Source: Hemiscyllium ocellatum
Taxonomy: Eukaryota
Assembly: GCF_020745735.1 (NCBI RefSeq)
Contig: NC_083422.1
Span: 21,018,001 to 21,082,000 of the forward strand
Length of the DNA stretch: 64,000 nt
Direction of reading: 5' to 3'
Part shown: piece by piece, positions 49,762 to 61,620 of the stretch
Numbering within the stretch: the first letter of the stretch is position 1
How the letters are laid out: each line of letters begins with the position of its first letter
Position numbers and translations under genes: made by a program
The notes under the pieces: model-generated
The model's database searches: none
The model's input: only the letters and a program-made list of their open reading frames with translations
Told to the model about the DNA's origin: nothing

Positions 49762-50970
49762 TAACTTCATGGTTAAAAAAGTTATACATAATTGTACTTC
49801 TAATTGCCTTTTATTTCTCAGGTATTTCCATGCTGTACATATGTGAAACTAAGAAGCAAAGGTAAAAATTGTGTCCAAACTGTATAGGACTGAATTCATA
49901 TCATGATTTTCATTGGTATTACTCACCGGTTGTGCTAGGATTCCATGATCCTGCTCAAAATTACCATCACCTGACTTCAATTTTCCTCCCCAAATTGGCA
50001 GGACCACTCCTGAACAATCCCCCATTCCTGCCCAGTAGATATACAGATTGGCTGAGCCTCAGTTCCAGGACTGTTTCTGTGCCAATCACTGTGGTTACTG
50101 TTGCTCTCCATGAATTCCTAGGTGCAGATGGCTCTGGGCTGGGCTGCTGGCTGGATAGCTCCATGATTCTTCTGAAGAGGAGTGAGGGCCTCTGTTTCTG
50201 TCCCAAACCTTTATCTGTGTAAATCTTAGTATCAGCAGAGGCCTTCAAATAAATTTTCTATTTTGTCTGTCCGGCCCTTTTTTTGGAAGTGATTCTGTAT
50301 TGGAAGCACTGCAGTGTGTCATGATTTTTCTGGTTGACTTCTGTGTGGTGTTTCAAGTCATGTCTTTAAAATTATCTCAACCTGGGAAATTGACTCGGGG
50401 GCTGAGGTGGGGTAGGAGATGTAAACAGAAGACTCACCTCACCAGAATATTGTGGAATCTTCTCTTTGTCTCTAAATTAACATGGTGGTTACATCTTCTC
50501 ATTGTGGAATTTCTGTTTCAACCTGTAACATTTTAATGTAACTTGCAGCATAGCAATACATTAAATTATACTGATATTGCTAATTATATTGAAATAGAGT
50601 AATTGTACAATTAAATCATCAAAGTGGTTAATTTGTTTGACTTTGATTGCTAGCTAAGACAATCTCATCAGGTTTCATCAATGAGCAAAAAGATTTATTC
50701 ATTATGAACGATCTTATTCTCTGATAAGTGGCAAAATGGTTATTAACCACTGCTACACCAACTTAAACTGTATCTCATTTAAAAGCAAATGCCCATGCAT
50801 TCGAGCACAATTAGGAAGAGGCAAGATTTACAGCTCTGCGGCAATGATATGGGCGGCAAAAACAAACGCAGACAAAATGGAAAAGTCCCATGGATCAAGA
50901 TTCCAAATCACAAGAGTGGAATAGGTGACGTTCTCCACAGTACTTGGTAGCTTTCTGCTGACTATGATCA

Positions 50971-51380
50971 TGTTATTGCCCAGTAACCAATCAGTTAGAC
51001 TCCAGGTCCTTACTGAGTTACCACTTCACCTTTCAGAGTCTTTTCGAATGTTGTCCTTTACTCAGAGAGAGAAATTGTTTCCTGGTTAACTTCTCCATCA
51101 CTGTGAGGACTTTTTCCCCCACCCCAGGGCAGAGATGTGTCTTTGGTGTAGGTTTCTTTACAGGCTCTTCTTTGACAACTAGTAGGTTTTTGTTTTTCAG
51201 GCTAAAGAGAGCTGTCTTTTGCTGCAGACTTCTTGGCAGTCTGTTTTCAAATGCCTCACTCACAGGTCTGTAGCAAACTGGAAGCAAAACCCAAAGCTGT
51301 TGCCAGGCAACTTTCAGCCCAAGGCTCTTTCCACAGGCTGAACTAACAAAAGTGTCAAATCCACCTTACTTCTCATCACA
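50971..51380. mobile_element. Possible solo LTR
   Basis: TGTTA...TCACA termini, ~410 bp; no matching TSD found. Confidence 0.35.
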
Positions 51381-51460
51381 CTGCTTCAAGCAGTATGTAC
51401 AATGAATAAACCTACTGCTACTTTTTGTTGTATAAGGAGAGCTGGAGAAAGACAGAGTAA

Positions 51461-51800
51461 GGGGCGGTACGGTGGCTCAGTGGTTAGCACAGCTGCTTCA
51501 CACCGCCAGGGACGCGAGTTCAATTTTAGCCTCGGGCGACTCTGTGTGGAATTTGTACATTCTCCCTATGTCTGCGTGGGTTTCATCCCACAGTCCAAAG
51601 ATGTGCATGTTTGGTGAATTGGCTCAGCTAAATTGCCCATAGTGTTGTCAGGGATGTGTAGGTTAAGTTCATTAGTCAGGGGTAAATGTAGAGTAGTAAG
51701 GTAATGGAATGTATCTGTGTGGGTTACTCTGCATAGAGTTGGTGTGGACTTGTGCCAAATGGCCTGTTTCCACATTGTAGGGTCTCTATGATTCTAGACC
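51461..51800 (+). mobile_element. HE1-like tRNA-derived SINE
   Basis: ggggcggtacggtggctcagtggttagcacagc...gagttcaatt head, CR1-like tail. Confidence 0.85.
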
Positions 51801-54330
51801 CCAAGTCCTGGTCACTCACTAGAGAAGGGGAGCTGACTGGGGCTGAGTTATGGAGCTCCCACAAGCTCACAATGATCCCCTATTTGTCTCTGGCAACATG
51901 CACTCTGAGGTTATTACAAAGTCCCAGGACACCAGTTTTGTGTGTACTATGCTTTTATTGAACAGGTTGTAAGATGACTGCTTACATTGAGTGCCTCCTG
52001 GCAGAGGTCACATAACTAGGAACCACATTAATGTGATCTCCACCTTGAAAAACCCTTCAAAAGAAATCAAATTTGCTTGTACTACCATTTACACTATGAG
52101 TTACCCAAATTATGCACTATGCAAACTGTTCACATATATTTTCAAAATTGTTTGTTATTCTAGTTAGCCCATCTTTTATCAGTCAAAAGGCTTTTTCTTT
52201 CTCCTGCTTCTGTTATTTGGAATAACTTGCTCTCTGGTTTTGCTTCAAAATCATCTGAGCTGAATCTGCAGATTTTTTTCTGTTGTCTTTATCGCCTTTC
52301 CTTTAGATATATTAGTTGTGTCCAGAAAAGCAATCCTTTTGATTTTCTTGACTACAGCATCAAGGTTGCTTTGTTTCTCTGTCACATCGTTTATTTAACT
52401 ATTCATCGGATAAAGTGACCTGGTAGCAATAAATCTCGACTGACAAATTTGGGATTACTGGTCCAATTTTTTGACTAGCTTCTGCTGAAATGATTGACTC
52501 TAGTTTTGTCAGGAATTCCAGACCATCAGTCTTGTAATTGTGTTGGGCTCTGAGACTAATTTGTCCTCTTGTGGTAAACTTCATTCCTTCACAAGGCCTC
52601 AGCTTCACCTTGCAGAGTTTCATTCTGGGTTGACATCTGGTCTAATTTTACACACGTCTGTGAAGATCATAATGTGTGGGACACAACTTTGTCTCTCTGG
52701 CAATTCATTTCTTTTGTTCTACTATCCTTCAATGCAATTGTTACAAACCAATTTTCTGACATCAAATTTGAAGTTGCTAACCTGCTTTAAGGTATGTGTT
52801 GAATTGTCCAAAATTGTTGTCTGACATCTCTATAATATCAATGCTTGATTTGTCAGAATCTCTGGAGTAATCATCTTGATAGGCTTTACAGCTTTTGTTT
52901 ACATTCTTTGCAGTTCTGTGCAAAGCGATTTAGCTTCTTGCAGTTAAAATGCTGTTTTTTCTTCATGTTGGGCATTTGCTTTAAATAGCCACAACTTATC
53001 TGTTAACCTTGATCTTTTATGCTGACCTTTTCACAGATAATTCTTGTTGCTTTCCATATTTTTGCACTTGAAAGGTCTAGATTGCTTTTCAAGATTGTGA
53101 ACAGATCTGCACTGCTTATCAATGTCGGGCACAGAATTGGACTGTTTTTACACATAATGGACAAGCTCATCTATTTTCATATATGTGTGTTAGCTGTTGA
53201 TCACAAGCTCAGAGCTTTTGCATATGCTTATGTGTTCTTTGAGAGCCTACTCTCTTCTCTTAACAGCCATACTGTTATTGCAGGATCACTTGGTCTAAAA
53301 TAATCCTACCTTTAATACAATCACCTTTCAGGTGCCTGAATTCACAGGATTCTGAGAGCTATGTTAATGCAGTCACCTATCTATCAATCTGCTCTTTTTC
53401 GCCTTGCACTGTAAATTTGAACACACATTTTTGTGCTATATTCAATTCAGTTTCAAAACTTGCCTTCAAGGCTTTTGAAATTTCTGCGCCGAGCTCTTGT
53501 GGTTCTTTCTTAACCTCTTGCTGCATGGTTTTGCAACCTCTGGCTGTTCTGATCTCCAGCCTGTCCGTCAATACAGGTGATCAGTTCTTTCAGCCTAACG
53601 AAATAACGCTGCACACCACAATGAGAGTTTGCAAAATTCTAATGCAGTGTAAGCACATGTGTCACTCGGGAAAATAACAGGCAACAAAATGTAATCTTGA
53701 AATCAGAGTTTAGTGACTGCCATTTGGGTTACTTCTACTGCGACTAATAAGGTACTCTAATCTATAGAAAACTACACTGAAATACTGCTGCTTTTTGACA
53801 AATCTATTCAATAATCAGAACTCTTTTTTTCATTCGCTGCTTTGACATCGCAGGAACTGCACATACAGACATGTGCGTTCTGTAGTTGCCATGTCACCAA
53901 ACACAGCCTAGAAACTATGGGTTGTACTAATCTGTATGGAATTGGAACTAGGATTTTGGAATTTAGTGAAATTCTTGGAATTAGTCCATCATATATTACA
54001 TCTATTATTGGCATAAGAACAATCCCTTCCAAGGCTGACTGGCAATAATGAATTTTAACATACCTGGACATGAATTTCCAGATTTGTGCATTCAGCTTGG
54101 AATTTTTAGAATCCTTGTCTGAATGATAAACCAATATCATCAAATTTATTCCTCAACTCTGTTTCTCTATGCATTCTAATCTGCTTGAGGATGTCTTCTC
54201 CTGTGGTGATGTAAAATAAAACTACCCAGAGTCTAAAACTTAAGGGTTGATGTGTTTGACTTTAACTATGGTTTAATTTGCCAGTTGCAGCCACACACTA
54301 AAGTGCTTAACAAAACTTTTCCCTCTTTAG

Positions 54331-54463
54331 GTTTTTTGCACTACGAAGACATCAATAATGCTGTAACAAGATCAGAGGCAGAAGCTGTAGCTCAAATTAT
54401 AGAAACCACCATCCATGACTACAGACCTGATGTCAATGTGACTTTAACTGGAGGGTTTAGAAG
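54331..54463 (+). CDS. DNTT: TdT exon 7 equivalent (start of palm, TGGFRR nucleotidyltransferase motif)
   Basis: ccctctttag|GT...AAG|gtaagt; 133 nt, phase 1/2. (G)FLHYEDINNAVTRSEAEAVAQIIETTIHDYRPDVNVTLTGGFR(R). Phase matches the preceding exon. Confidence 0.97.
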
Positions 54464-56413
54464 GTAAGTAATATGGAGACGTGTTAGCAAGTCCTAACCA
54501 TATTATTTTTCTATGTGATTCTGTTATGAACTTTATTTCTTTGCAACTGCAAAGTTACCTGAGCAATTTGATAGACTGATGTTGCATACATTAGTTTGTG
54601 AATCATAACTTTGATTGCTCAGATTTTAGTGGATAGCTACTTGCTATCAGTTCATATTGTTTTGAAATAATATTTGATTGTCAGTTTAAGGACTGGGTAT
54701 CTTGTTTTCAGCTAATCACTGATTTTCAATGTTCGGTTGTATGTTGCTTATAAGTGGGGGTGCTTTTCAAAGACAAGCAATAACTGAACACTAGACAGAG
54801 CTTTAATTATGTAGCAATGCTGGATTTTATATATTGTAAATATTTCTGTTTCAAATATTACCATCCATGCAAAGCACAACTAAATTATTTCCACTAATGC
54901 ATTAGAAATCAATTGCTCTTGTATAATTTACTGTATATAACAAGATCACATTTCACATTGTGTAGGAGGAAACTGTATTCACACTTTTATATAATATCCT
55001 GACACCAATTAAAATGTATCCATATTCAAGTTTTTAAAAACTTTATGAAATAAATAATTCTGTTTATTTGTGTAATTTTGAGCCTATTTCATGGGATTGC
55101 ACTAATATTTTGATACTTTTGTGGACTTTGCTTTTTTTTTTGATGAACAAAGTTTGCCATGGTTGTTGATCTAAGAAATCAGATATGCTGAATTCTTCAA
55201 TGTGAATAATGCAACACTTAAGAGTCTGAGAAACTCAGTATTGAATCTAATGTTGCTAGTTTATATCTTTGTAAATTATTGAGAAGATGTATGCGAACCA
55301 ACACAATTTCGATTCAGCATTGAATAGTACTATTACGTAAACTGACCAAGGCATTATTATTTAATGCATGTTATTGAATTTTTCACTATTAATTATAGGT
55401 AATACAATGCTGTAACTCTTAAGCAATGTAGCGAGAGAACCAACAATTGAAGCTGTTGCAGTGTTAAGCAAACATTCTAGATACCCTGTCAGGAATGGTG
55501 CTTTGCCAAAGGGAATTATTAACTGACAGCATTGAGTTAAATAACTTATTTTCACCATTCGCTTGTGAGAACACTGAAGACCTATGCCATTTATGTATGC
55601 TCAAGAGCAGTCAGAAAACTCACTTTCCCACTGCTGCCATTTTTAATGTATTGAAACTATTATGACAAGCTGAATAGAAGTTCCAACTTTATGTTTACTT
55701 TCATGACTTTTAAACCTCATCCTCTTCTCTCCCCATGGGCAGTATTCCCACCCCTAGGCTTATTCTAGAAAAAAAATCATTCCTTTGGGAGAAGATGAGG
55801 CAAATAAAGACTGATGACTTATTCTAGATCACAAACTTTGTACATAACCTCAGTTATTTTGTTACATTGGGTGGAATCTTACCCTCTGTGGTGTAGTTTG
55901 ACCATTGGCGAGAGAAGTGAAAACATCAGGAGAGAGTGAAAAGAATTAGATGTTAGTGTTGAGGTTTAGCATCTCCTCAGCATTTTAATGAACTTTAGCA
56001 TCATGCCCTTGAATGGTGTTTCACTTATTTCCATGCAGTTGCATCTCATTAAATCCCCAACGCACTTTATTGATTTCCACAGAGTGGAGAAGATCATTGA
56101 CATTTTTCCAAGACTGTTAGGCATTTCCCTGCATTGTTGAGTCTCCGGTGACCTAGGTGGCAGCAGGCTGGCAGGGTTCGATGTCTTGGCTTCCTCTGCT
56201 GGTGGGGGCGATTCCAACTGTGCTGGGCATCTCCGGCTGCCAGTCCTTGATTAGTGGCAGAACAGCCTTTTAAACATAGCATCGGCACCAGGAATCCTGG
56301 GATATCCTGGTAGTGGTGAGTACTATTCATATGCAGCCCACTTGCTGTGGGAAACATAGCAATTGGGAAAAAAACGAATCACAAAAGGACCCACATCAGT
56401 CTCCTTGATTCAT

Positions 56414-56757
56414 TCGTAGAATCATAAAACCCCTACAGTGACGGGCCATCAGGTCTGCACCAACCTTCTGACAAACATCCCATTCAAATCCAGCCTGCCA
56501 CCCTATACAGTAACCCTGCATTTCTCATGGCTGATCCATCTAGTCTACACATCCCTAGACACTATGCAATTTAGCATGGCCAATCCACCTAATGTGCACA
56601 TGTTTGGACTGCAGTAGGCAACTGGAGCACCTGGAGGAAAACCACAAATATATAGAAAAACATGCAAACTTCACACAGTCACCCAAGGCTGGAATTGAAC
56701 CCTGGGCCCCTGGCATTGTGAAGCAGTAATGCTAACCACTGAGCCAGCATGCTGCCA
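56414..56757 (-). mobile_element. HE1-like tRNA-derived SINE
   Basis: Reverse A/B boxes (ctaaccactgagcca, ggaattgaaccc) and core. Confidence 0.8.
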
Positions 56758-57874
56758 AAGAGTGAAAGGGGCCTGATGAGTGGTTGTCAGAGGCTGACAA
56801 TGGATTTAGCTTATTAATGAATCAATTAACATCCATTGGCTCCCACCCAATAATTCAGTAGTACCTGAGGAATGAATAGTGTCCTCATGGCTTGTTGAAT
56901 TTACTGTCCTATTTCTAGAGGTGTCCATTATGATCAGGCAATCTGCTGAAAATCATGTCTGTATACCCTTGCTTGCAAATCCCCATCCCACCCACAAGCC
57001 GCACTCTGCATTCCATCTTCACTCACCTTCTGAAGGGCCCTTCTATTTTGCCTTCTCCATAGAACTGAGGGGCTTCCTCACTGTGCATTGAACAGTTGGT
57101 GAGATCCATGTTGTTTCATCAGAATCCTGGTCAGTATCTTTAGAACTGGCTTGAAAAAGAAATGGATTTTCATAGAGGTAGCATCCTGTTCCAGCAAAGT
57201 TTTCAGCTTCAAGCTGAACCTGTTTGAAAATTTTGCTAAATTGGATGTCAATGTTCTTTAAAAATTTATGGACATATTTTCTTCTTCCTGACAATAAAAG
57301 GCTATTGATGCTGATTTCAAAATGTTGGATGTACACAGTTTTCCGGCAGACAATTTTAAGAAGTTCAACATGAATTGTGAATGTCTAGGCAAGCTGGTCA
57401 TTCCTAGCTAATGATGTCTGGTAGGAACTGCAAACACAGGCAGCTATAGCAGTTTATAAAAGGCCTGTAGAACTACCAGGATCATTATTGTGCATACTAA
57501 TATTTCAGATAGTTGAGACCATTAAGGATACCTCATAACACAGACTTCCAGGACTATCATTATTTCTGCATGCTAGACAACTTTGCTTTTCAAAGACCTG
57601 GGGATAAATTTACTGGAACGGGCATGATGGTGGGTGCTAGGAAAATCTGGCTGGAATATCTGCACGTGATTCTTGGCAGTAGGAAAGCTGTACTGAATGT
57701 CAGCCAAGGCCTGATGTGGGAATCCCATATACTGATGGAACCCTGTCAGTTAAATAGTTCATTTATGACCACTTAAAGCCAATTATCCTTGAGCCCACTG
57801 GGATTTAATAATGGCTTGGGGACTTTTTTGGGTCTCGCACTAGTTTGCTGTGCCCCTGGAAAGCTGTCCAGCAA

Positions 57875-57975
57875 ACCCTGTTGAGGAAAGGTCACCGGAC
57901 CCGAAACGTTAACTCTGATTTCTCTTCATCGATGCTGCCAGACCTGCTGAGCTTTTACAGCAATTTCTGTTTGAG
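57875..57975 (+). mobile_element. PLE 3'-end fragment with partial hammerhead
   Basis: gaggaaaggtcaccggacccgaaacgttaac...gatgctgccagacctgctgagc. Confidence 0.6.
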
Positions 57976-58339
57976 TTTTCCTGTGGCCTCAGTGTGGGGA
58001 TTTTTCTTCTTATCAGGCATTCCATGCCCAGCTGAGGGAGCCAGCACAAGGAAGCTTTCAGCTGCTGAAAAGTAACACTGAAGAACATAAGAGTTAGGAC
58101 CTGGAGTGGGTCACTGAGCCTGCTGAGCCAGCTCTGCTCTACTATACCATTGTGGCTAGTCTGATTGTAACTTAAAAATCTCTTTCTAGCCTGCCCCCTT
58201 TAATCTTTGACCCCCTCCCTCCACCCCAGTTGATCAAGAACTCTTCTCGCTCAACCTTGAATGATTTCAATGACCCAACCTCCATTGGTCTCTGTGGAGG
58301 AGAATTCAACAGACTCATGACTCTCACTCTGCCTTAACT

Positions 58340-58700
58340 TTTTTTATTCACTTGTAGGACATGGGTGTCACTGATGGGCCAAGTTATCCTTGAGAAGCTG
58401 GCGGTGAATTGCCTTCTTGACCGGCTGCAGTCCATGTGGTGTAGGTTGATCTTAGGGAAAGAATTCCAGGATTTTGACCCAATGTCAGTAAAGGAATGGT
58501 GATATATTTCCAAATCAGGATAGAGGTGGCTTGGAGAGGAACTTGCAGACCGTGGTGTTTCTTCTGTCCTTGTCCATCTAGATGGAGTTGGTGTGGGTTT
58601 GGAAGGTGCTGTCAAAGGTTCTTTCATGAATTTCTGCAGCGCATCTTATAGATGGTATACATTGCAGCAGCTGAGCGTTGGTGGTGGACTGAGTGGATGC
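58340..58700 (-). mobile_element. LINE 3' fragment (clade uncertain)
   Basis: YHHSFTDIGSKSWNSFP resembles a non-LTR RT C-terminal motif. Confidence 0.45.
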
Positions 58701-58724
58701 TTGTGAATGTGGTCACCAAGAGTT

Positions 58725-59017
58725 ATGATGGCTCAGTAGTTAGCACTGCTGCCTCACAGTACCAAGAACACTGGGTTTAACTCCAAACCAGGCTACTGTC
58801 TGTGTGGAATTCGCATCTTCTCCCCATGTCTGTGTGAGTTTCCTCTGGGTGCTCTGGATTCCTCCCACAGTCCAAAGGTGTGCAGATTAGGTGGATTGGC
58901 CATGGGAAATGCAGGGTTACAGGGATTGGGTAGGGGGTGGGTGGGTCTGGGTGGGATGTTCTTCAGAGGGTCGGTGTGGATTCGATGGGTCGAATGACCT
59001 GCACCCACACTGTAGGA
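58725..59017 (+). mobile_element. HE1-like tRNA-derived SINE
   Basis: tggctcagtagttagcactgctgcctcacag...ctgtgtggaattcgcatcttctcccc core. Confidence 0.8.
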
Positions 59018-59129
59018 GTGTTCCTAGCCTCTGACCCACTCTTGTAGCCGATGGGAAACTCAGAATTTTTTAACAATGTCCTTTAGATCCAGAGTTGGCT
59101 ACAAGAGTAGCATCCTCTCAGCATCCACC

Positions 59130-60450
59130 CTGTCTCCTCAGAATCATATATAAAATAACCTGTCATTCTTCTAAACTCCAATGGATATAAACCAAACTGT
59201 ATAAGTAAATGCCATCATTCTGGAAATCGGTTGTGTGAACCTTCTTTGAACAATTGTACGGCATTTTCAACATTTCTTAAGTTGGGAGGCCAAAGCTATA
59301 CACTGTACTCCAGATGCTGACACATGATGACACTACCATTGTGGCAACACGTCTCCCCTTTTATACGTAATTCCCCTTTAATAAACATCAACATTCCATT
59401 TGTCTTCTTAATCAACTTGCTGCACCCTCATGTTTCTTCTTGTGATATCTGTAACAGGACACCCAAATCTCTTTGCGCCATATTGTTTTGCAATTTCTCT
59501 CCATTTAAACATGTCAACTGCTAATGCATCCTTCCTGCAAAAGTTGACAAGTTCACATTAACCCTTGCGTTATATTCCATCTGCCAAATTTTTATTCACT
59601 CAATTAATCTGTTTGTATCCGTTGTGTCCTTTTGACAGCTTACCCCCACACTTTTCTACTTGGCTGTGTGTCTTCAGTGAAATTAGCCACTTTTGGTCCC
59701 TTCATCAAGGTAATTGATATAGATCATAAATAGTGATGTCCATTACTAATTTCTGTAAGCGAAAGTGGGTACTGCAGATGCTGGAGATTAGAGTCGAGAT
59801 TAGAGTAGTGCTGGAAGAGCACAGCAGGTCAGGCAGCATCTGAGGAGCAGGAGATTCAACGTTTTGGGCAAAAGCTGATGAAGGGCTTTTGCCCGAAACG
59901 TCGATTTTCCTGGTCCTCGGATGCTGCCTGACCTGCTGTGCTGTTCCAGCACTACACTAATTTCTGTAGCACTGTACTAGCACAACTTTCCATTGAAAAA
60001 GGAGATCTATTTATCCCAACTCTTTTCTCCCTCTTACCTAACCATTCCTCTATTTTATGCAGTAACCTTTGATGTGGCATGCTATCACATAACTCCTGAA
60101 AACACATCACATCTCCTTGATCCACCTTGCTTGTTACTTACTTAAAGAATGCCAATAAATTAGTTAAACATGGATTCTCTTGCACAAAACTAGGTTGACT
60201 CTGTCTGATTGCATAATGGCTTTGAACAATTCTCTTTATGACAAATGGTGTGCTAACTGGCAGATAGGATCTTGTGTTCTGTCACCCTCATTTGTCAAAT
60301 AGAGAATTGACGTTTGTGATTTTCCAGTTTGCCAGGACTTTTCCAGGATTTTGGGAAATTTGGAAGATCATACACATTGCATCTACTCACTCTGTAACCA
60401 CTTCTTAAAAGACCATAGAATGCAGGTAATCAGTTCTAAGGCATTGTCAG
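59130..60450 (-). mobile_element. Old CR1 fragments, interrupted at 59758-59955
   Basis: Reverse-complement CR1 RT-type sequence (ccatcattctggaaatc..., gcaataaattagttaaacatgg). Confidence 0.6.
59758..59955. mobile_element. Palindromic PLE-derived mini-element with 13 bp TSD and central hammerhead core
   Basis: actaatttctgta at 59745-59757 and 59956-59968; CTGATGA-A-GGGC-TTTT-GCCC-GAAAC-GTC at 59875-59902. Confidence 0.85.
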
Positions 60451-61620
60451 CCTTTAATTATAATAATTTCCCCAGGACTCAATCCTCACTGATTGCAACA
60501 GTTTAAATGTCCGACCCCTTGTCTTTCCCTTGCCCTTGCAATTGATCTCCCTTACAAACAATCCACTACATGCAATCCCCACCCCATCCAATCTCCAGAG
60601 ATTCCCTGATGTTTTGTAATGTCTCAGAGTATGACTGGCAACACACACTGGCTCTGCAATGCTGCTGGTACTGGAGAGCTGCCAGCCTCTGATTAGCTGC
60701 CAATTCTGGGAGCAAGATTTCCACTCGACTGGAGCTTTGATCATGTGGGAAGCCTGATGCTGCCTAGTTGAATGTCAATAACATCAGCCCATTCCTGGGA
60801 GAAACAAAATGGGGCTCCCACCATTTCCCCACTGGTGGCATGGGTGAGGTGTGGGGGGGATTGTGGTTGAGGTGTAGCTGGTGTTGGTAGACAGACTCTC
60901 AATGAACAGAATAAGTTCTACCCCTGCATTCAAGGCCAATGTTGGACATGGACAAGAGGATTGCCAAGAGATGTAGCAATGCTTCACTCATAAATGACTA
61001 ATTAGCCTTACTTTTCAAAGAATCATAAGTAACCCAGAAAGAGTCTTAAAATACCTTCTGTGACATTTCCCACAACATCTCCTTCAATATCATTAATATC
61101 TATAAATTGTTGCTTTTTTCACACTAAGTTCAAAAATGAGTGTTCATGAGATAAGTTACTAGGAGGCCATTAAAATATTAAATTCATATAATTCTCTAAA
61201 CATTTCTCAATGGCCTACAATGGAAACTGTCACTTGTGCCAGGGTCATCATTTCTGTTCATTGTTACAAAGTGAATAAAAGAGTACTCCAGGGTGGAACT
61301 CCCATCTGTTGAAACTTCCAATGTTTAATGATAAAGTGGCTTGTTGAAGCCAGGCCACTGTTGTGGAGAACCATAAGAAGATGGCTCTTATTAGTGATTG
61401 GAGATCATTGCAGTACCCAGGGAGGCAGGGGAGACCTTGAGGTCTCCAGAGAGAATGCCACCTGTTAAACTGGCCTCTGCCATCCTGCAGATTAAATGGA
61501 AAATCCCAATTGGTTTAACAAATCTTAAAGGGCTGTTGATCATTATGAGGCTGCATTTATGCTACTACTCCCTCTCCTACATCTGGGAAATGGCTGTGGG
61601 ATGCCTATTGTAGTGCCGAT

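Noticed and set aside
49967-50248. 93 aa minus-strand ORF near a strong minus donor (ccg|gtgagt at ~49927)
   Set aside because: No recognisable protein similarity or convincing acceptor; starts at TTG and stops before the donor.
53157-53180. ATG GAC AAG CTC (MDKL) resembling the BLNK start
   Set aside because: Similarity ends after four residues; it is on the DNTT strand inside intron 6; no donor site.
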